IMG/VR virus record: IMGVR_UViG_3300031853_000002
Location: 1-64,000 of that record
DNA from: a virus
Taxonomy: Duplodnaviria; Caudoviricetes
DNA: 64,000 nucleotides
Direction: 5' to 3' (one strand)
The notes under the pieces were generated by a model. That model was not told the origin of the DNA, made no database searches, and saw nothing but the letters and a program-made list of their open reading frames with translations. Numbering within the stretch: the first letter of the stretch is position 1; each line of letters starts with the position of its first letter. The translations under genes and the position numbers were made by a program. Below, in pieces: positions 18,829 to 31,907 of the stretch.

Positions 18829-18977
18829 TTCTTTTTTCTTTTTATAAGTTTTTTCTTTCTATCTTTGTAGTCACCCTTCATATTAGATAGTGTAGGGTTA
18901 CTGTCAACAGTTCTGTTAGGTCTGAAGTCAAAAGCTCCAGTTGGTTTTCCTCCAAATTTTAATCCATAAATCTTCAT
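18825..18977 (-). CDS. Small basic protein, 50 aa, N-terminal LKFGG motif
   Basis: MKIYGLKFGGKPTGAFDFRPN...KKKLIKRKKK*. Confidence 0.6.
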   Translation of the reverse strand: MKIYGLKFGGKPTGAFDFRPNRTVDSNPTLSNMKGDYKDRKKKLIKRKKK

Positions 18978-19009
18978 AAGCCTTTATAAAATATTAAAAT
19001 TCTTAAATA

Positions 19010-19041
19010 TTTGGGTTCTACTAAAAATAATATTAAGTTTG
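19010..19041 (+). promoter_or_regulatory. Consensus Bacteroidota sigma70 promoter for the rightward late operon
   Basis: TTTG (19010-13), N20, TAAGTTTG (19034-41). Confidence 0.7.
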
Positions 19042-19144
19042 ATTAGTTCAAAAAGCAATAAGAATAATATATAAATATGATAGATAAATATGCTATATCT
19101 TAGTAGGATATATCTTGGACTTCTTACTAAAACAAAATTAAAAT

Positions 19145-19417
19145 ATGCAAAGTAATACAAAAGATTGGATTCAGTATGGTTCGGCTATAGCAATGATTCT
19201 TAGTGCCATCGTTTTGGCCTTTTTATCATTTTTTGCTATACAAGCAATAGAAGCTAGCATTCTATGGTATGTAGCACAAGCATTAGCCTACGCTGGAGGT
19301 ATCTTCGGAGTTAGTATTTATATTAAATCCAAATTAGGAGAAGCCACAAGTAGAGTTAATCAAAGAATAAGAGACGAAGTAAGAGATTAGATTGATAGAC
19401 ACCGAGAAATAATATAA
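19145..19417 (+). CDS. Putative holin (two TM helices)
   Basis: Two hydrophobic segments and a charged C-terminus; reading TAG as Q moves the stop to TAA 2 nt before the next gene. Confidence 0.7.
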
Positions 19418-19419
19418 TT

Positions 19420-20322
19420 ATGACAATTGACAAGCAAAATGGAACAGTATGCTTTAATGAGGACTCTCATGTATACTGGAATGTAAATGACAATGAAAAG
19501 TATATATCAGTGACAACTTTAATTGAAAGATATGCTCAACCTTTCGATAAGGAATTCTGGTCAGGTTATAAAGCCTTAGAACAGTTAATACCTACAGAAG
19601 CTTGGGGAATGGAAAAGAAATCGCTGCTTACAACTCATAAAATAGATAAGGAGTTACTTACTACTTATAATATAAGGGAGTTAGAATTTAATAAAGCACA
19701 ACAAGGAATTTTAGATGAGTGGGATAAAACAAATAGAGAATCATGTGAAAGAGGTACTAAAATACATGCTAAGTTAGAACAAAGTATGTATGATATGGGA
19801 GCTAATGTAACTCTAAAGAAATTTGGAGTAGGAGGAAAGTTTGTCTGTGATAAAGGAAGAACGGACTTAGATCTAGATAATGGAGTTTACCCAGAGTATT
19901 TAATTTCTTACATGTCCGATGATAAACTACTAAGATTAGCAGGACAAATAGACTTGTTAGCTATTTCTGGCAATCAATTTTGGATACTAGATTGGAAGAC
20001 TAACAAAGAAATAAAACAAAAATCTGGATTTAATACCCAAACTAAGAGTACATCTAAGATGCTTTATCCTTTAAATAATTTAGATGATTGTAATTATTGG
20101 CATTATACTTTACAACTATCTACCTATGCTTGGATGATTCAACAGTTACGCCCCGATCTTAATTTACAAGAACTTATCATGGTACACTTTGATCATAATG
20201 GAAAGCAAACAGTATATCATCTTGATTATCTAAAAGATGAAGTAGAAAAAATGTTTAAACATTATAAGAAAGAAGTAACTAGAGAAAAACAAAGAGCTAA
20301 GTATAAAAGAATAGAATACTAA
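19420..20322 (+). CDS. PD-(D/E)XK exonuclease
   Basis: SVTTLI, ERGTKIH, AGQIDLL, ILDWKTN, QLSTY motifs. Confidence 0.88.
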   Translation: MTIDKQNGTVCFNEDSHVYWNVNDNEKYISVTTLIERYAQPFDKEFWSGYKALEQLIPTEAWGMEKKSLLTTHKIDKELLTTYNIRELEFNKAQQGILDEWDKTNRESCERGTKIHAKLEQSMYDMGANVTLKKFGVGGKFVCDKGRTDLDLDNGVYPEYLISYMSDDKLLRLAGQIDLLAISGNQFWILDWKTNKEIKQKSGFNTQTKSTSKMLYPLNNLDDCNYWHYTLQLSTYAWMIQQLRPDLNLQELIMVHFDHNGKQTVYHLDYLKDEVEKMFKHYKKEVTREKQRAKYKRIEY

Positions 20323-20588
20323 TGGAAATAGGACAAATAGTAAAAGGGCATGTTAATGAAATATTAGGTTTGAATGAAGACCTAAAAGAAAAGAGAATGT
20401 AGATTTGCCTTAAGTGTCCTTTATATAAGGATTCACTTGGAGGAATATGTAATAGTAATTTATGGTTAAACCCTAAAACTAATGAGATAAGTACAGAACA
20501 AGAAAATGGATATTATAGAGGATGTGGTTGCCGTTTACAAGCTAAGACAACTTTATCGACAGCCTCTTGTCCCGCTAAAAAATGGTAA
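20322..20588 (+). CDS. Small Cys-rich putative zinc-binding protein (recoded), 88 aa
   Basis: RMQICLKCPL...C...GCGCRLQAKT...CPAKKW. Confidence 0.75.
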
Positions 20589-20594
20589 TGAACA

Positions 20595-21194
20595 ATGGAC
20601 ACTTTAAACGGTTATGATTTTAGTAATGTTCCTACAGAGAACGAGAAAATTGCAAGACAAGTATCGGACGGTAAGATTTTTTATAGAGATAAATAGAGTG
20701 TAGATGATATAGTAAAGGATGAGGCTAAATCTAAATTTAATGATCAGGTTGAACAATATGTGAAGAAACTTGATGATCATGCAGAACTTTTAAAACGATA
20801 TCAGAAATCTCTTTGCTCTGATCTTAATAAACTAGAAATTAAAGCAATAGGAGCGGGTCTTCTTATTAAACCCTTTAATGAAAATCCATTTCAAATGATT
20901 AAAAGAGAAGGTGCTATTATTACCGATCTTGGAGGTATGAAACCTACTTATAAAAGTCATGAAACTGGAGAATGGGAAGAAGAGGAACAATTTATTCATG
21001 TAGGAACAGTAATAGATAGTGGTCCTGCTTGTAAATGGATAGAAGAAGGTGATATAGTTATGTGGAGAAAAGTCTCTGAAACACCTGTACCTTTTTATAA
21101 GCAAGGACTTGTACTTGTAAACGAACAGAGTATTATGACTGCTATAAATGAAGGTCTTAGTGCTCGTTTTAATAAAATAAAAGACAATGGATGA
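20595..21194 (+). CDS. GroES-like co-chaperonin domain protein (recoded)
   Basis: GLLIKP...VGTVIDSGPACKWIEEGDIVMW...LVNEQSIMTAI; N-terminus extends through one TAG. Confidence 0.7.
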
Positions 21195-21396
21195 GAAAGT
21201 TTATTTTATGCCTGGTGATTTGGTTACAATTAAATAGGACTTACCCAATAAGCCAATAATGTTGGTAGTAAGAAAAGAGAACTATATATATAAGAAGGAA
21301 GATCAATCATTAAAAGGAATTCGTTGTAGATGGTTCACTAAAGATGGACTTTTACAAGAAGAAGTTTGGAATACAAAAGACTTAATTAAATTATGA
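21187..21396 (+). CDS. Small DUF2158/YodC-like protein (recoded), 69 aa
   Basis: FMPGDLVTIKQ..P.MLV...IRCRWF..DG.LQEEVW...DL. Confidence 0.65.
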
Positions 21397-22523
21397 TTAA
21401 TAAGTATCAACAAGGAGGTGCAGCTCCACAACAAGGTGGAGGCATTCTAGCACAGATTCAACAATTACCACAAGAACAGTAGCAACAACTTATGTAGGCT
21501 TTTGCATAGTGGGCTCAACAAAAAGGTGTAGATATCCAGCAATTACAATCTAATCCTCAAGCACTTGAACAAGCACTTGGATAGTTTATGCAAGAAATGC
21601 AAGCGCAGCAAGCACAAGTTGCTAAACATGGTGCTAAACTTAGATATATTAAAAATCTGAAACACCAATGTGCTGAAGATGAACAGCTTGAATACTTTGC
21701 AAAAGGTGGAGCTATAGGTTGTAAATGTGTAAAGAAAAATCAAGGTGGAGGAAAGACAGAACCTAAGAAGAATGCACTTCAACAATATAAAGATAAAAAG
21801 ATCCAACTTAAAAAGAAAGAGTGTGGTGGTAAGATGAAGAAACATCAAATTGGAGGAACCTTAGAGGCCCTTAGACAATCTTTGGGCCTCGAAAAAAAAA
21901 ATCTGAATAAGTTTCAATATGGAGGAACAATATATGATGATCTCCCTGTATAGACTAAAATGAGATTACAATAGGAAGCTACTGAGGCTATGCCTTCAGG
22001 TTGGACTGGTTCAGGTGAATTCTTTGATAGATATTTAAAAGCTTAGGGAATACAAAGAAGATAGACTCCAAATTTAGGCCAAATAATGTCTGCACAAAAT
22101 GGAGATAAACTTACAGAAAAACCTTTATATCAAGGAGGCGGAGAGTTTGGAGGTTCAAATAAAAGTAATAGATTTGCTCCACAGCCTGTAAGATCTATTC
22201 CAGAAACAACTGTAAATGGAATTGATAAACGATGGCATCTTGATAAAAGAAATATGGATCTAGGAAACGGAAGAGGAGTTTCTAGTGAAGTTTTCTATGA
22301 TTATTATAATGGTGGCAATACTTGGCTTGGAGATGATGCGATAGTAAAAGGTGGTAGGACTATTTACTCTTCTCCAAAAGGAAATGATACTATTTATTGG
22401 AATACTCCTATAATTGAAGATGGATGGAATAAACATGTAGGTAATATGTTAGTTGGTTCTCCATAGCCTGGGGCAAAAACTAACTTCTTCAAGAACTTGA
22501 AAAGACCTTTAATTAAACACTAA
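21393..22523 (+). CDS. Gln-rich protein with many KxQxGG-type motifs (recoded), 376 aa
   Basis: TAG codons embedded in CAA/CAG runs; motifs KYQQGG, YFAKGG, KNQGGG, KECGGK, KHQIGG, KFQYGG, LYQGGG. Confidence 0.8.
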
Positions 22524-23110
22524 TGTTACATATTTTCCAGTATAATAATGTTAATGGTAAGGTTGAACTAGAGAAACCTGAAATTCTACTGATAAGTGAG
22601 TTTAAGGCACTAGTACAGAAGAGTCGTAATATATGTGATGCTGATAAAACTGGAGAAAAATGTTTAAGAGCTTTTAAGGAATTTACATATATATGGCTAG
22701 CACTTGATTGGTAGTCTTTATATGCAGGATATACTGAGCAAGAAAGACATGAAGAAGCTCTCAAAGATTCTGGACTCACTGAAGAAGAGTTTAATGATCC
22801 TCTTTTTAGGGCTGCTTGTAGAAAGTACCGTGCTTTACAAGAAAGTAATAGGACGATAAGAATGCTACATGCAGCACAACTTACAGTAGATAAATTTATA
22901 GACTATTTTACAAATATAGACCCCGAAGAACGTGATGCTTAGACGGGTAAGCCTATATATAAGGTTAAAGATATAATGGCTGAAATCTCAAATCTTTCTA
23001 AGGTGCACGAAGAATTAAAAACTCTTGAGTCAGCAGTTAAAAAGGAGATGGAAGAAGCATCTCAATTACGTGCAGGAGCTGTAGAAGGATATTTACCAAC
23101 TGATTTCTAA
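22523..23110 (+). CDS. Helical protein upstream of TerL, candidate small terminase (recoded), 195 aa
   Basis: Open with TAG=Q; TAATG overlaps at both ends; function inferred from position. Confidence 0.65.
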
Positions 23111-25443
23111 TGGCAGAGGAGAAGAAAAAACGTGGACGTCCTCGTAAAAAACCTTCTGCTTTACTTCCAGAACCAGTACAAGAAATTGTAGAAAAAGTTA
23201 TAAAGGAAGAAAAGAAAAAAGAAGAAGAGGAAATACACAATGAGGTGCAGCAACGTGTTGCATAGGTTAGATAGCAGCGTTCTGCTTGGGATGTTCCCAG
23301 GGACGCTGCTATTACTTTTTTTGATAAGAGATTGTCCTATGAATTAACAGGGTATAAACCTATAGATGAAGAACATGGACTTGATTTTAGACCTGAATGG
23401 TTTACAGAAGCAAGAGATAATAAAAATAGAACGGGAAAATACTGTTCATTTATTCCTGGTTCAAAAGCATATGCTGATTTTTGGCATGCAGAATATGTAA
23501 AATGTAGAGAGGGGCTTACAGTAAATGGATACACTATTACAGGTCCACATTACTTCTTTCTTAATTATTATCAATTACCAAATACTGACTCAGCTAAGGC
23601 TGGTAGTTCTCGTGGAAATATCTATCCTAATTTCTATGTTTATTAGTATGAATTCTTCCACTATTATGAACTATGTAGAATATTACGTAAGAATTGTGGA
23701 CTTATGAAGTCTCGTGGTATCGGATTTTCAGAAATAAATGCTTGTTTATGTGCTTGTATGTATTCTACATTTAGAGGTTCTAATACTCTAATGACTGCAG
23801 CATCTAAAAACTATGTAGATAAGACACTTGAAAAGATTTGGGGAGAACTTAGCTTTCTAAATGATAATACTGAAGGAGGATTTTTTAAACTTAGATAGGT
23901 ATCTGATACAATATATAAGAAAAGAGCTTCTTATTATAAAATAGTACAAGGTCAAAAAATTGAAGATGGATGGAAATCTCAAATTGAAGGTATTATAGCT
24001 GACGACGACTCTAAAATAAGAGGTGATCGTGTAGATTTATTAGTACTTGAGGAAGCAGGTTCTAATCCAAAGTTTAGAAGATCCTTTATTAAAGGTGAAG
24101 CTTTAGTTTCTCTTGGTGGTAATAAGTTCGGAATTATATTAGCTGGTGGAACTGGTGGTGATAGTGGCCCAGCTCTTGAAGGTCTTAGTAATCTTTACTA
24201 TGATCCAGAAGGACATGATGTCTTACCCTTTTTACATAACTACACATAGGATGGAGATTGGGTAAAAACTTGTTATTTTATCCCTGCTTATATAGCTTTA
24301 TATCAATCCAGTTACAATGATAAAAGAGGAGTTTGTGACTGGAAAAAAGGAAAGGCTTATTATGAAGCTGAAAGAAAGAAAAGAGCAAATGATCCTAGAG
24401 GACTTGTAGAATACTCAGCGGAGTATTGTTTTAATGCAGAAGAAGCATTTGCACTCGAAGGAACAAACAAATTTAATAAAGTTCTAATTGCAGAACAAAT
24501 AACAAAAATAAAAGTACTTAAAGAAGGTCGTCCTATAGAGAATGGAGATCTACAATTCTTATATAAACCCGGTTCTGATAGAACTAACACAAAGAATATA
24601 ACAGGTGTTAGATGGGTTCCTGGTAATACAGGGCTTGTTCATATTATTGAACATCCTATATGGGAAGGAATACATCAAGATGAAGAAGGCAATACTATTT
24701 CTTACGAAAAGAAAAGGAATCTTTATATAGCAGGTATAGATGGTATTGATATTGGACAAGATCAAACCTCAGAAGAAACTAAAGATCCATCTAAATTCTC
24801 TATAGTTATAAAGAAAAGAGCTTTTGGATTGTAGGAGCCTATGTATGTTGCATATTATATGTTCCGTCCTGATGATGAAAGATAGGCATTCTAGACAGCT
24901 ATGAAGCTTATGATGTACTATAATTGTAGATGTAATATAGAGGCTACACGTCTCTCAATGCTTAATTGGGCTAAAGGACGTGGTTGGATTGATTATTTTA
25001 TGAGAAGGCCTCGTGCTACATATCCAGAAGCAGCAAAGAAAATAGGAAATACTATAGGAACTCCTGCAACTCCTACTATTATTAATCATCAAACAGACCT
25101 TATTGCCGCTTATGTGGAAGATTACTGCCATAATATATGGTTTCCTGAATTTCTTGACTAGTTAAATAGGTATACAGACGAAAAGAAAGGGAAATTTGAT
25201 ATTATAGCTGCAATGGGTATGTGTGAATTAGCAGATGAGGAACTTGGAGGAATTATAGCAACTGATATTGAACCTGCTGAAGAAGATCAGTTTAAAGATA
25301 TTGGATATTATATAGATGATAAGGGAGTAAAGCGTTTTGGAGTTATTCCTAAGAATACTAATTATAAAGTAAAAGTCTTACAGGAATTTACAAATGAAAC
25401 AGTTAACAGAATTAGAACAAGTGATCCTAGAAAGTATACGTAA
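23110..25443 (+). CDS. terL: Terminase large subunit (recoded), 777 aa
   Basis: LMKSRGIGFSE (Walker A variant), RGDRVDLLVLEEAG (Walker B), GGTGG, IAGIDGID and KFDIIAAMG nuclease motifs in one frame. Confidence 0.92.
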
Positions 25444-25705
25444 AACATATTGTAAAGATTATGTAGGAACTTTATCTGTAGAAGAACTCCATCCTATAGG
25501 TTATAAAGTACGTCTTGGTATATAGAATGATGAAAGACCTATTACTATAATGGCTGAACTTCCTTTAGATAAGTTCTTAAAATTCTTTGTTCAAGAATTA
25601 AGAGATAGACATTTAACTGACGAACATTACTTCACTGGCTACAGGGTTTCTCCAGATGATTAGTGTTTTGATACTAGCTGTGCATGTAAACATGAAAACA
25701 GATAA
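25394..25705 (+). CDS. Hypothetical protein (recoded), 103 aa
   Basis: MKQLTELEQVILESIRKTYCKDYVG...; fills the TerL-portal gap. Confidence 0.7.
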
Positions 25706-27881
25706 AGAATATATTGAAATTACAAACAAAACCATAGCAGAACTTGTTAAACCTAAGTGGGAATTACAAAAAGCATATAACTATTATAATGGAAAAAGAG
25801 ATGCTGAGTAGTTTCGTTATTTGGAAGAAAACTATGGTATAGGAAATCCAACTTCTGTTGAATTTATACCTCTTATTCGTAAACATGTAGATGCCCTCGT
25901 AGGAGAATATCTTGGGGTGCCCCTACAACCAAAAGCTACGTGTAAAGATTCAAGAACTATATCAAGAATTACAAGAGAAAAAGAACTTAAAATAAAAGCA
26001 GAAGTATATGATTTTCTAAAGAAAAGATATAAAAATAAAATATTACAATCTATACAAGGAAATCAACAAATTGTTGATTAGAGTATAGAAAGAGATATGC
26101 AAGAGCTTATAGATGAACTTGACTCTAACTTTGTTTCTGATTATGAACAAGCTGCATAGAATGTAATTTAGTTTGTAATGTAGAGTAGAGAAGCTGATAT
26201 TATTACTAAACATAAAATGTTACTTCTTGATCTTCTTATAACTGGATGGACATTTTATAGAGTTAAGCCTACAGCATCTGGATAGAATGTAAATGTTGAA
26301 GTACTTAATCCATTAAATACATTTATAGATACTAATCCTGAAAGTCCATATGTAAAGGATTCTCATAGAGCAGTAGTTCGTAAATGGTTAACAAGACAAC
26401 AAGTACTTAATCAATATGGAGAGCAACTAAGTAAAGAGGATGTAGAAAAATTAAGAGAAGCTTGGAGAGATACATTTGATAGTGATTCTTATTATGTACG
26501 TTCATTTGCTTATTGCGATGGACGTCCTTCTACAGATGGTATACGAGCAGGAAAAGAAATAGTTCCTGGATATCCTGTTGATACTTTCCATTCACATCAT
26601 TTTGAACTTATTCCAGTTTATGAAGTAGAATGGTTGGAAGCAGATAAAAATTTTACTATGCAGAGACATAAAACTATACGTATTGGAGAAAATATCTATA
26701 TAATTATAGGTAAAGATGATACTGTAGTACGTTCTCATGATAATCCTTCCTACTGTGGTCTCTCTATAAATGGGATTTACTTTACTAATAGGGGTACTGA
26801 ACCTTATTCTCTTGTACTTGCTTGTGCTTCTCTTCAAGATAAGTATGATCTTCTTCATTTCTATAGAGATAATCTAATAGCATCTTCTGGAAGTGTAGGT
26901 GATTGGATTGATGTATCAGTTCTTCCTAAATTTTTAGGTAAGGATCTTCCTGAAAGACTATAGAAATTCTTAGCTTATAAAAAGACAGGTATGGCTCTTA
27001 TAGATACTCAACAAGAAGGAGGTAATTTAGGAAGTTAGACCCCAATGAATACAATATATAATGGATTTGATGATACTGTAAAGTCTCAAGCTATACAAGC
27101 TATACAATTAGCCATAGACTCTGTAGAGCAAACAGCCTCATCAATTACAGGAGTATTTAGAGAGAGACTTAACGGTATATAGTAGAGAGATGCAGTTACT
27201 AATGTATAGACCTCAGTAAATAACTCATTTACTATTACGAAACAATATTATTAGTAGATGGATGTACTGACTGAAGAAATGATGCTTGATATTCTTAACG
27301 TAGCTAAAGTAGTATTTAAAAAGGGACTTACTGGAGTTATAATACTTGGAGATAAATTACAAAAAGTATTTACAGCACTTCCAGAACATTTTACTACTTC
27401 AGATTATGATATACATATAACTACATCTACTGATATTATAAAGGATTCGGAACAATTACGATCATTAGTTCCTGAATTTGTAAAAGCTTAGCTACTTGAC
27501 CCTGAAGTAACTGTTGATATTATGACAACAAGAGACCTAACAGGAATAAAACAAAGACTTCGCGCCGCCCTATAGAAACAAAAGAAAGAAAATAGTCAAG
27601 TTGCACAACTTACGTAGTAGAACGAATAGTTACAACAATAGCTTCAAGAATTACAACAGCAACTTCAAAAGGCACAGGGACAAGTACAACAACTTAACCA
27701 AGCTAAGTTACAAATCGAACAAGATAAAGTAGAAAAGGATTATGAGATTAAAAAATACCAAGCTGAGGCTACTGATAAATACTAGACTGAAAAGAATCGT
27801 ATCGAAGACGAAAGAACCAGACTTGAAATTATGTAGCTTAATGATGGTAATCCTTATAATGATACAATTCGTAAATCGTAA
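25692..27881 (+). CDS. Portal protein (recoded), 729 aa
   Basis: AYNYYNG...PLIRKHVDALVGEY; SITGVFRERLNGIQQRDAVTNV; C-terminal coiled coil; follows TerL. Confidence 0.85.
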
Positions 27882-28765
27882 TGGCACAAGATTTAAAAAT
27901 TTCACAATTAGCAGTTTAGCCCATTAATATTCCTATCTCAGGTTCTGATGTGGATGTTAGTGATATAATCCAATCAGGAAAGTTTTTTATTCCTGCTGCT
28001 GTAGTAGAAGGAACTAATGATATATAGAATAAAAGCCTAGATATAGGTTTAATATTTAATTTGTTTAAACTTTATATAGATTAGGCTGCTGCATAGGCTG
28101 TACAAGATTATAGAGACCAAGGTAATGTAAGTCCTGGAGGAGGAAGTTCTGGAGGAAGTTCTGGAAGTGGAGATTATACTGCACTATCTAATCAAATTAA
28201 TCAACTTAGATAGGATATTTATAATCCTTCTAACTATCCTGTAACTTATATTAAGTTAGTATCAGGTAGTGAAGAATCTAATTATTAGATTTCTACAGGA
28301 TTAGGTCAGACTTCTCAATATACAGAACAGAATCCTATTGTTATACATACTACAAATATTACTCCAGATGATGTATATGTAACATTTAGAATTGGAGACA
28401 TAGTTGTAAATCAAGGTGTTATAACTACATAGGTTACTGTTACTATTTATTCTGAATATAATAATAAAGTATATTAGGGTTGTTCTGCTGGAGATTTAGA
28501 CCCAGTAAAAGTAAGAGTAATGTATACAACAAATAATGGTTAGTATGAAGCTTCTGCTCAAACAAGTACTCTTAGTGATGTATCATTAAATTCTTCTAAA
28601 ACTTCTGCTACTGCAACTCTTCAATTATATACAAATACTAGTCAAGGAAATATATCAGTTTCATTAGCAACAGCAACTTGTGAAATAGGAGGTAAAGCTA
28701 TTTCAGGTTCAGGTTATAAAACAGGTACTACTAATGTTGATGGAACAGGTACAATAAAATTCTAA
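27881..28765 (+). CDS. Putative structural protein (recoded), 294 aa
   Basis: Open only with TAG=Q; butts the portal stop. Confidence 0.7.
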
Positions 28766-28766
28766 T

Positions 28767-29528
28767 ATGGAAGCTAAGTTCAGTATATGTAAAAAAGGAA
28801 CTTGTGCAATACAAGTTAGTGGACTTGAAAGAGATTCTGACCAATATCTAGACCAAGAACAGGTTAGTTTTAGAAATTATACATTTGGGTAGACAGCTAC
28901 TGTCAATATAGTTATAGCTATTTCTTCAGACGAAGAAGAAACTTTAGAATCTTATAGTTTAGTTCCACATACAGATATAGATATAGATGAAATTACTTTA
29001 GAAAAAGATGGACTTAAAAAAGTACAACATATAATTATTCCAACTAAAGAGTGGTTTAATTATGTATATCAAATGGATGAATCTTCATTTGATTCTTATA
29101 CAAATGGCGTATATTTCTTAGGAGATGATGATAAATTCTTTAAATATAAGTTTGGAACATTTACAGAAGTTTCTATAGAAGAGATACTAGAAGTAAATCA
29201 AGAAGATACTACCCTTATAAAGACAGATCTTCATACATTTGAATTATGTCATTTGGAAGAATGTTTTTTCAAATTATGTATGTACTTATTAAATAATATG
29301 CCCTGTACAGATCCCTGTTTTGTTGAAAAGATGAAGGGATTCTCTGGAGAAATTCTAAATAGAGATATAATTTGGATGGCTCTTAATGCTATTAAATATT
29401 GTATAGAATAGCAACAATTCTTTAGAGCTTAGAAAATACTTGAAAGAGTAGAAACTTGCTGGGGTATATGTAGAGATTTAGACAATGTAAATTCAACTCA
29501 ATACAAAGGTTGTGGATGCCATTCTTGA
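28767..29528 (+). CDS. Putative neck/tail protein, Cys-rich C-terminus (recoded), 253 aa
   Basis: Ends ...TCWGIC...KGCGCHS*; contains track ORF 29073. Confidence 0.7.
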
Positions 29529-29694
29529 ATTAAAAGGAAAAGTCATAACTGACGTTGAAAAGGTACTTGACAAATTGGATAGAGGATATACAGAAGTAAA
29601 TTATTGTAATATTCTTCAATGTATATCCTTTATTCAAAATGTATCTAAAATAGATAAAGTAACTTCCTTATTTGAAAAATTAATAAGTAAATGA
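29512..29694 (+). CDS. Small hypothetical protein, 60 aa
   Basis: ORF track; overlaps on both sides. Confidence 0.6.
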   Translation: MDAILELKGKVITDVEKVLDKLDRGYTEVNYCNILQCISFIQNVSKIDKVTSLFEKLISK

Positions 29695-30638
29695 GAGATC
29701 GATTTGCTTGTGTAAGTGATCTTAGTGCTTACTTTAAGAAGAAAGATCTATTAGGAGGTCTCACAAACTTAGAATAGGCTCAACTTAGAGCAAATATTGG
29801 AATTGTAGATTATACAGGTGAAGGGGGACAAGATTCTCCTATAGAATTGAATTATGCATAGTTCTGGGAAAAATATCATTCTTCTTAGTTAATTACAGGA
29901 GCTTCGTATGTTATAACAGATTACCAAACTATATATTCTTCTAATACCTATAACAATGCAGGGCAAAGAATATCTTGGGGACTTAATATAAATCCATCTC
30001 AAGTTTGGAAATTATATATAAGAGCTCTTTCTAAAAATGAAATAGATAAACGTGTAACGATAGCAGGGAAATCATGGGAAGTAGAATATGATCCAACTAA
30101 AAAGGTACTTTCAGATGGAACTTCAACTAAAGGACAAATTACATTTTTATGGGATAATAATGGAAACTCTGCTTTTTATGATTTTAAAAATATAAGGTTC
30201 TAGTGGTCCAAAGAAAAATTACAAGAAGCTGGAATACAAACTAATCAAGATTTAGCTTTATATACATTCTCAAATATAGAGAATGGGGAAGTAACTGACT
30301 CTTCAGAATTTTCTAATACTAAGTTTAATATTATTAGAGAAGGATGTACAAATAATATATTTATAGGAGATACTTATTATAATATATTAGAGCCAGAATG
30401 CTAGAATAATATATTTGCTAAAGGAGCTCACGATTGCCTTATTAAATGGAATACTGTAAATAACAGATTCAACGAACCAGTTACATATTTAACAGGTTCT
30501 ATATATTCTAAAAATTTTGATACAGGTAATACTGTTCTTTCTACTGCTATTTCTAAAACAATACATAAAGTAAATGAAGCTACTATAGTTTCATTTCTAG
30601 ATCCTATAACATATGCTTATTAGGTAATAATAGTATGA
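29691..30638 (+). CDS. Putative tail protein (recoded), 315 aa
   Basis: Open with TAG=Q; ATGA overlaps. Confidence 0.7.
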
Positions 30639-31585
30639 ATTTTGTAAATATAAATCAAGAAAATTCAACTCCTACTATTAATCTTAATAAGATAGCTATT
30701 GAGTAGGAGCCATCTAAAGAAATAATTATAACCCCAGTAAAGGTGGAATTACCTCAAGAAGAAGAATAGAAGGAGGGATGTATACAAGCAGAATGTCCTG
30801 TTACTGTTGGATGTTCTAATGAATATTTTTCCATAAAAAATTTATTCTCGGAGCTTACTGACGATTATCAAAGAGCTATTATTAGATAGAATTTGGGAAT
30901 TAGTGGTACAGATGCTCTTCTTTGGGGAAAAATCGAAGGAAACTTGGCTAATCAAAAAGATTTATATAAATTTATTATAGACACTCTAAGAGGAGACGAA
31001 AGAGGTATTCTAGACCAAGTTAATTTAGAACTAAAATACTGGACTCAATATATAGAAAATAAGATTGAGTCTCTTGCTAGTAATATTAAAAGTCTAGATA
31101 TTATTCCTAGATATGCTACTACCAATCAAATACCTGTAGATGTCTTAATTATATGGGAATATGATTAGCCTGTTGAAGCTCAAGCCATAAATGGAGTTGT
31201 TATGGACCCAAGTGTGAGAAGTTATATATTTCAAAATATAAATGATTCCTTTACAATCAGACTTTCCTATTACTATAATGGAGTTTGGTTATCAAGAAAT
31301 AATAATTTTGAAGTTTCTTTTCCCATATTTTATGGAACTTCTTCTAATTGGGAAGAAGATCAATATACAATATAGAATTCTGTAAAGGTAAATGCAGGTG
31401 AAGAATAGTATATTTATATAATTACTAAAAAACCATCTGAACTTGCTGTTAATGGGTTAATTGGAGGTTTTGAATAGGATTCAATTACTTATATACAGAA
31501 TATTAGATACTATGTTTATAAAAGTGTTAATCCTAATTTAGGAGAAACAATAGTAAAAATATATGATACAGAACAAACAAGTTAA
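30635..31585 (+). CDS. Putative tail protein (recoded), 316 aa
   Basis: LLWGKIEGNLANQKDL motif typical of fibre N-termini. Confidence 0.7.
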
Positions 31586-31907
31586 TTTATGGAGAGGTTC
31601 CGATCCTCCTCCAACTCTCTATCATATATGGTTTAAAGATGAGAGTTAGCTACTTAGATATGACGAAACTATTAAAGACTGGGTAGTTTTTCTAGACAGT
31701 GGAAGAATAATAAAGTTAATATAGGATTTTATGAGTGCTCTTGACAGCTTGTCTGTCAATGGACATTTACTTATAGAAAATCCTGTACTTGATGGTTCTG
31801 ATTTATTAATTGGACAAGACGGACACTATATTAAAAAAGAAAACACCTTACAACAAGCTACTTTAAAATTAGATTCATTACTTACTACTGAAGTGTATGA
31901 AAAGTAA
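31563..31907 (+). CDS. Putative tail protein (recoded), 114 aa
   Basis: MIQNKQVNLWRGSDPPPTLYHIW... Confidence 0.65.
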
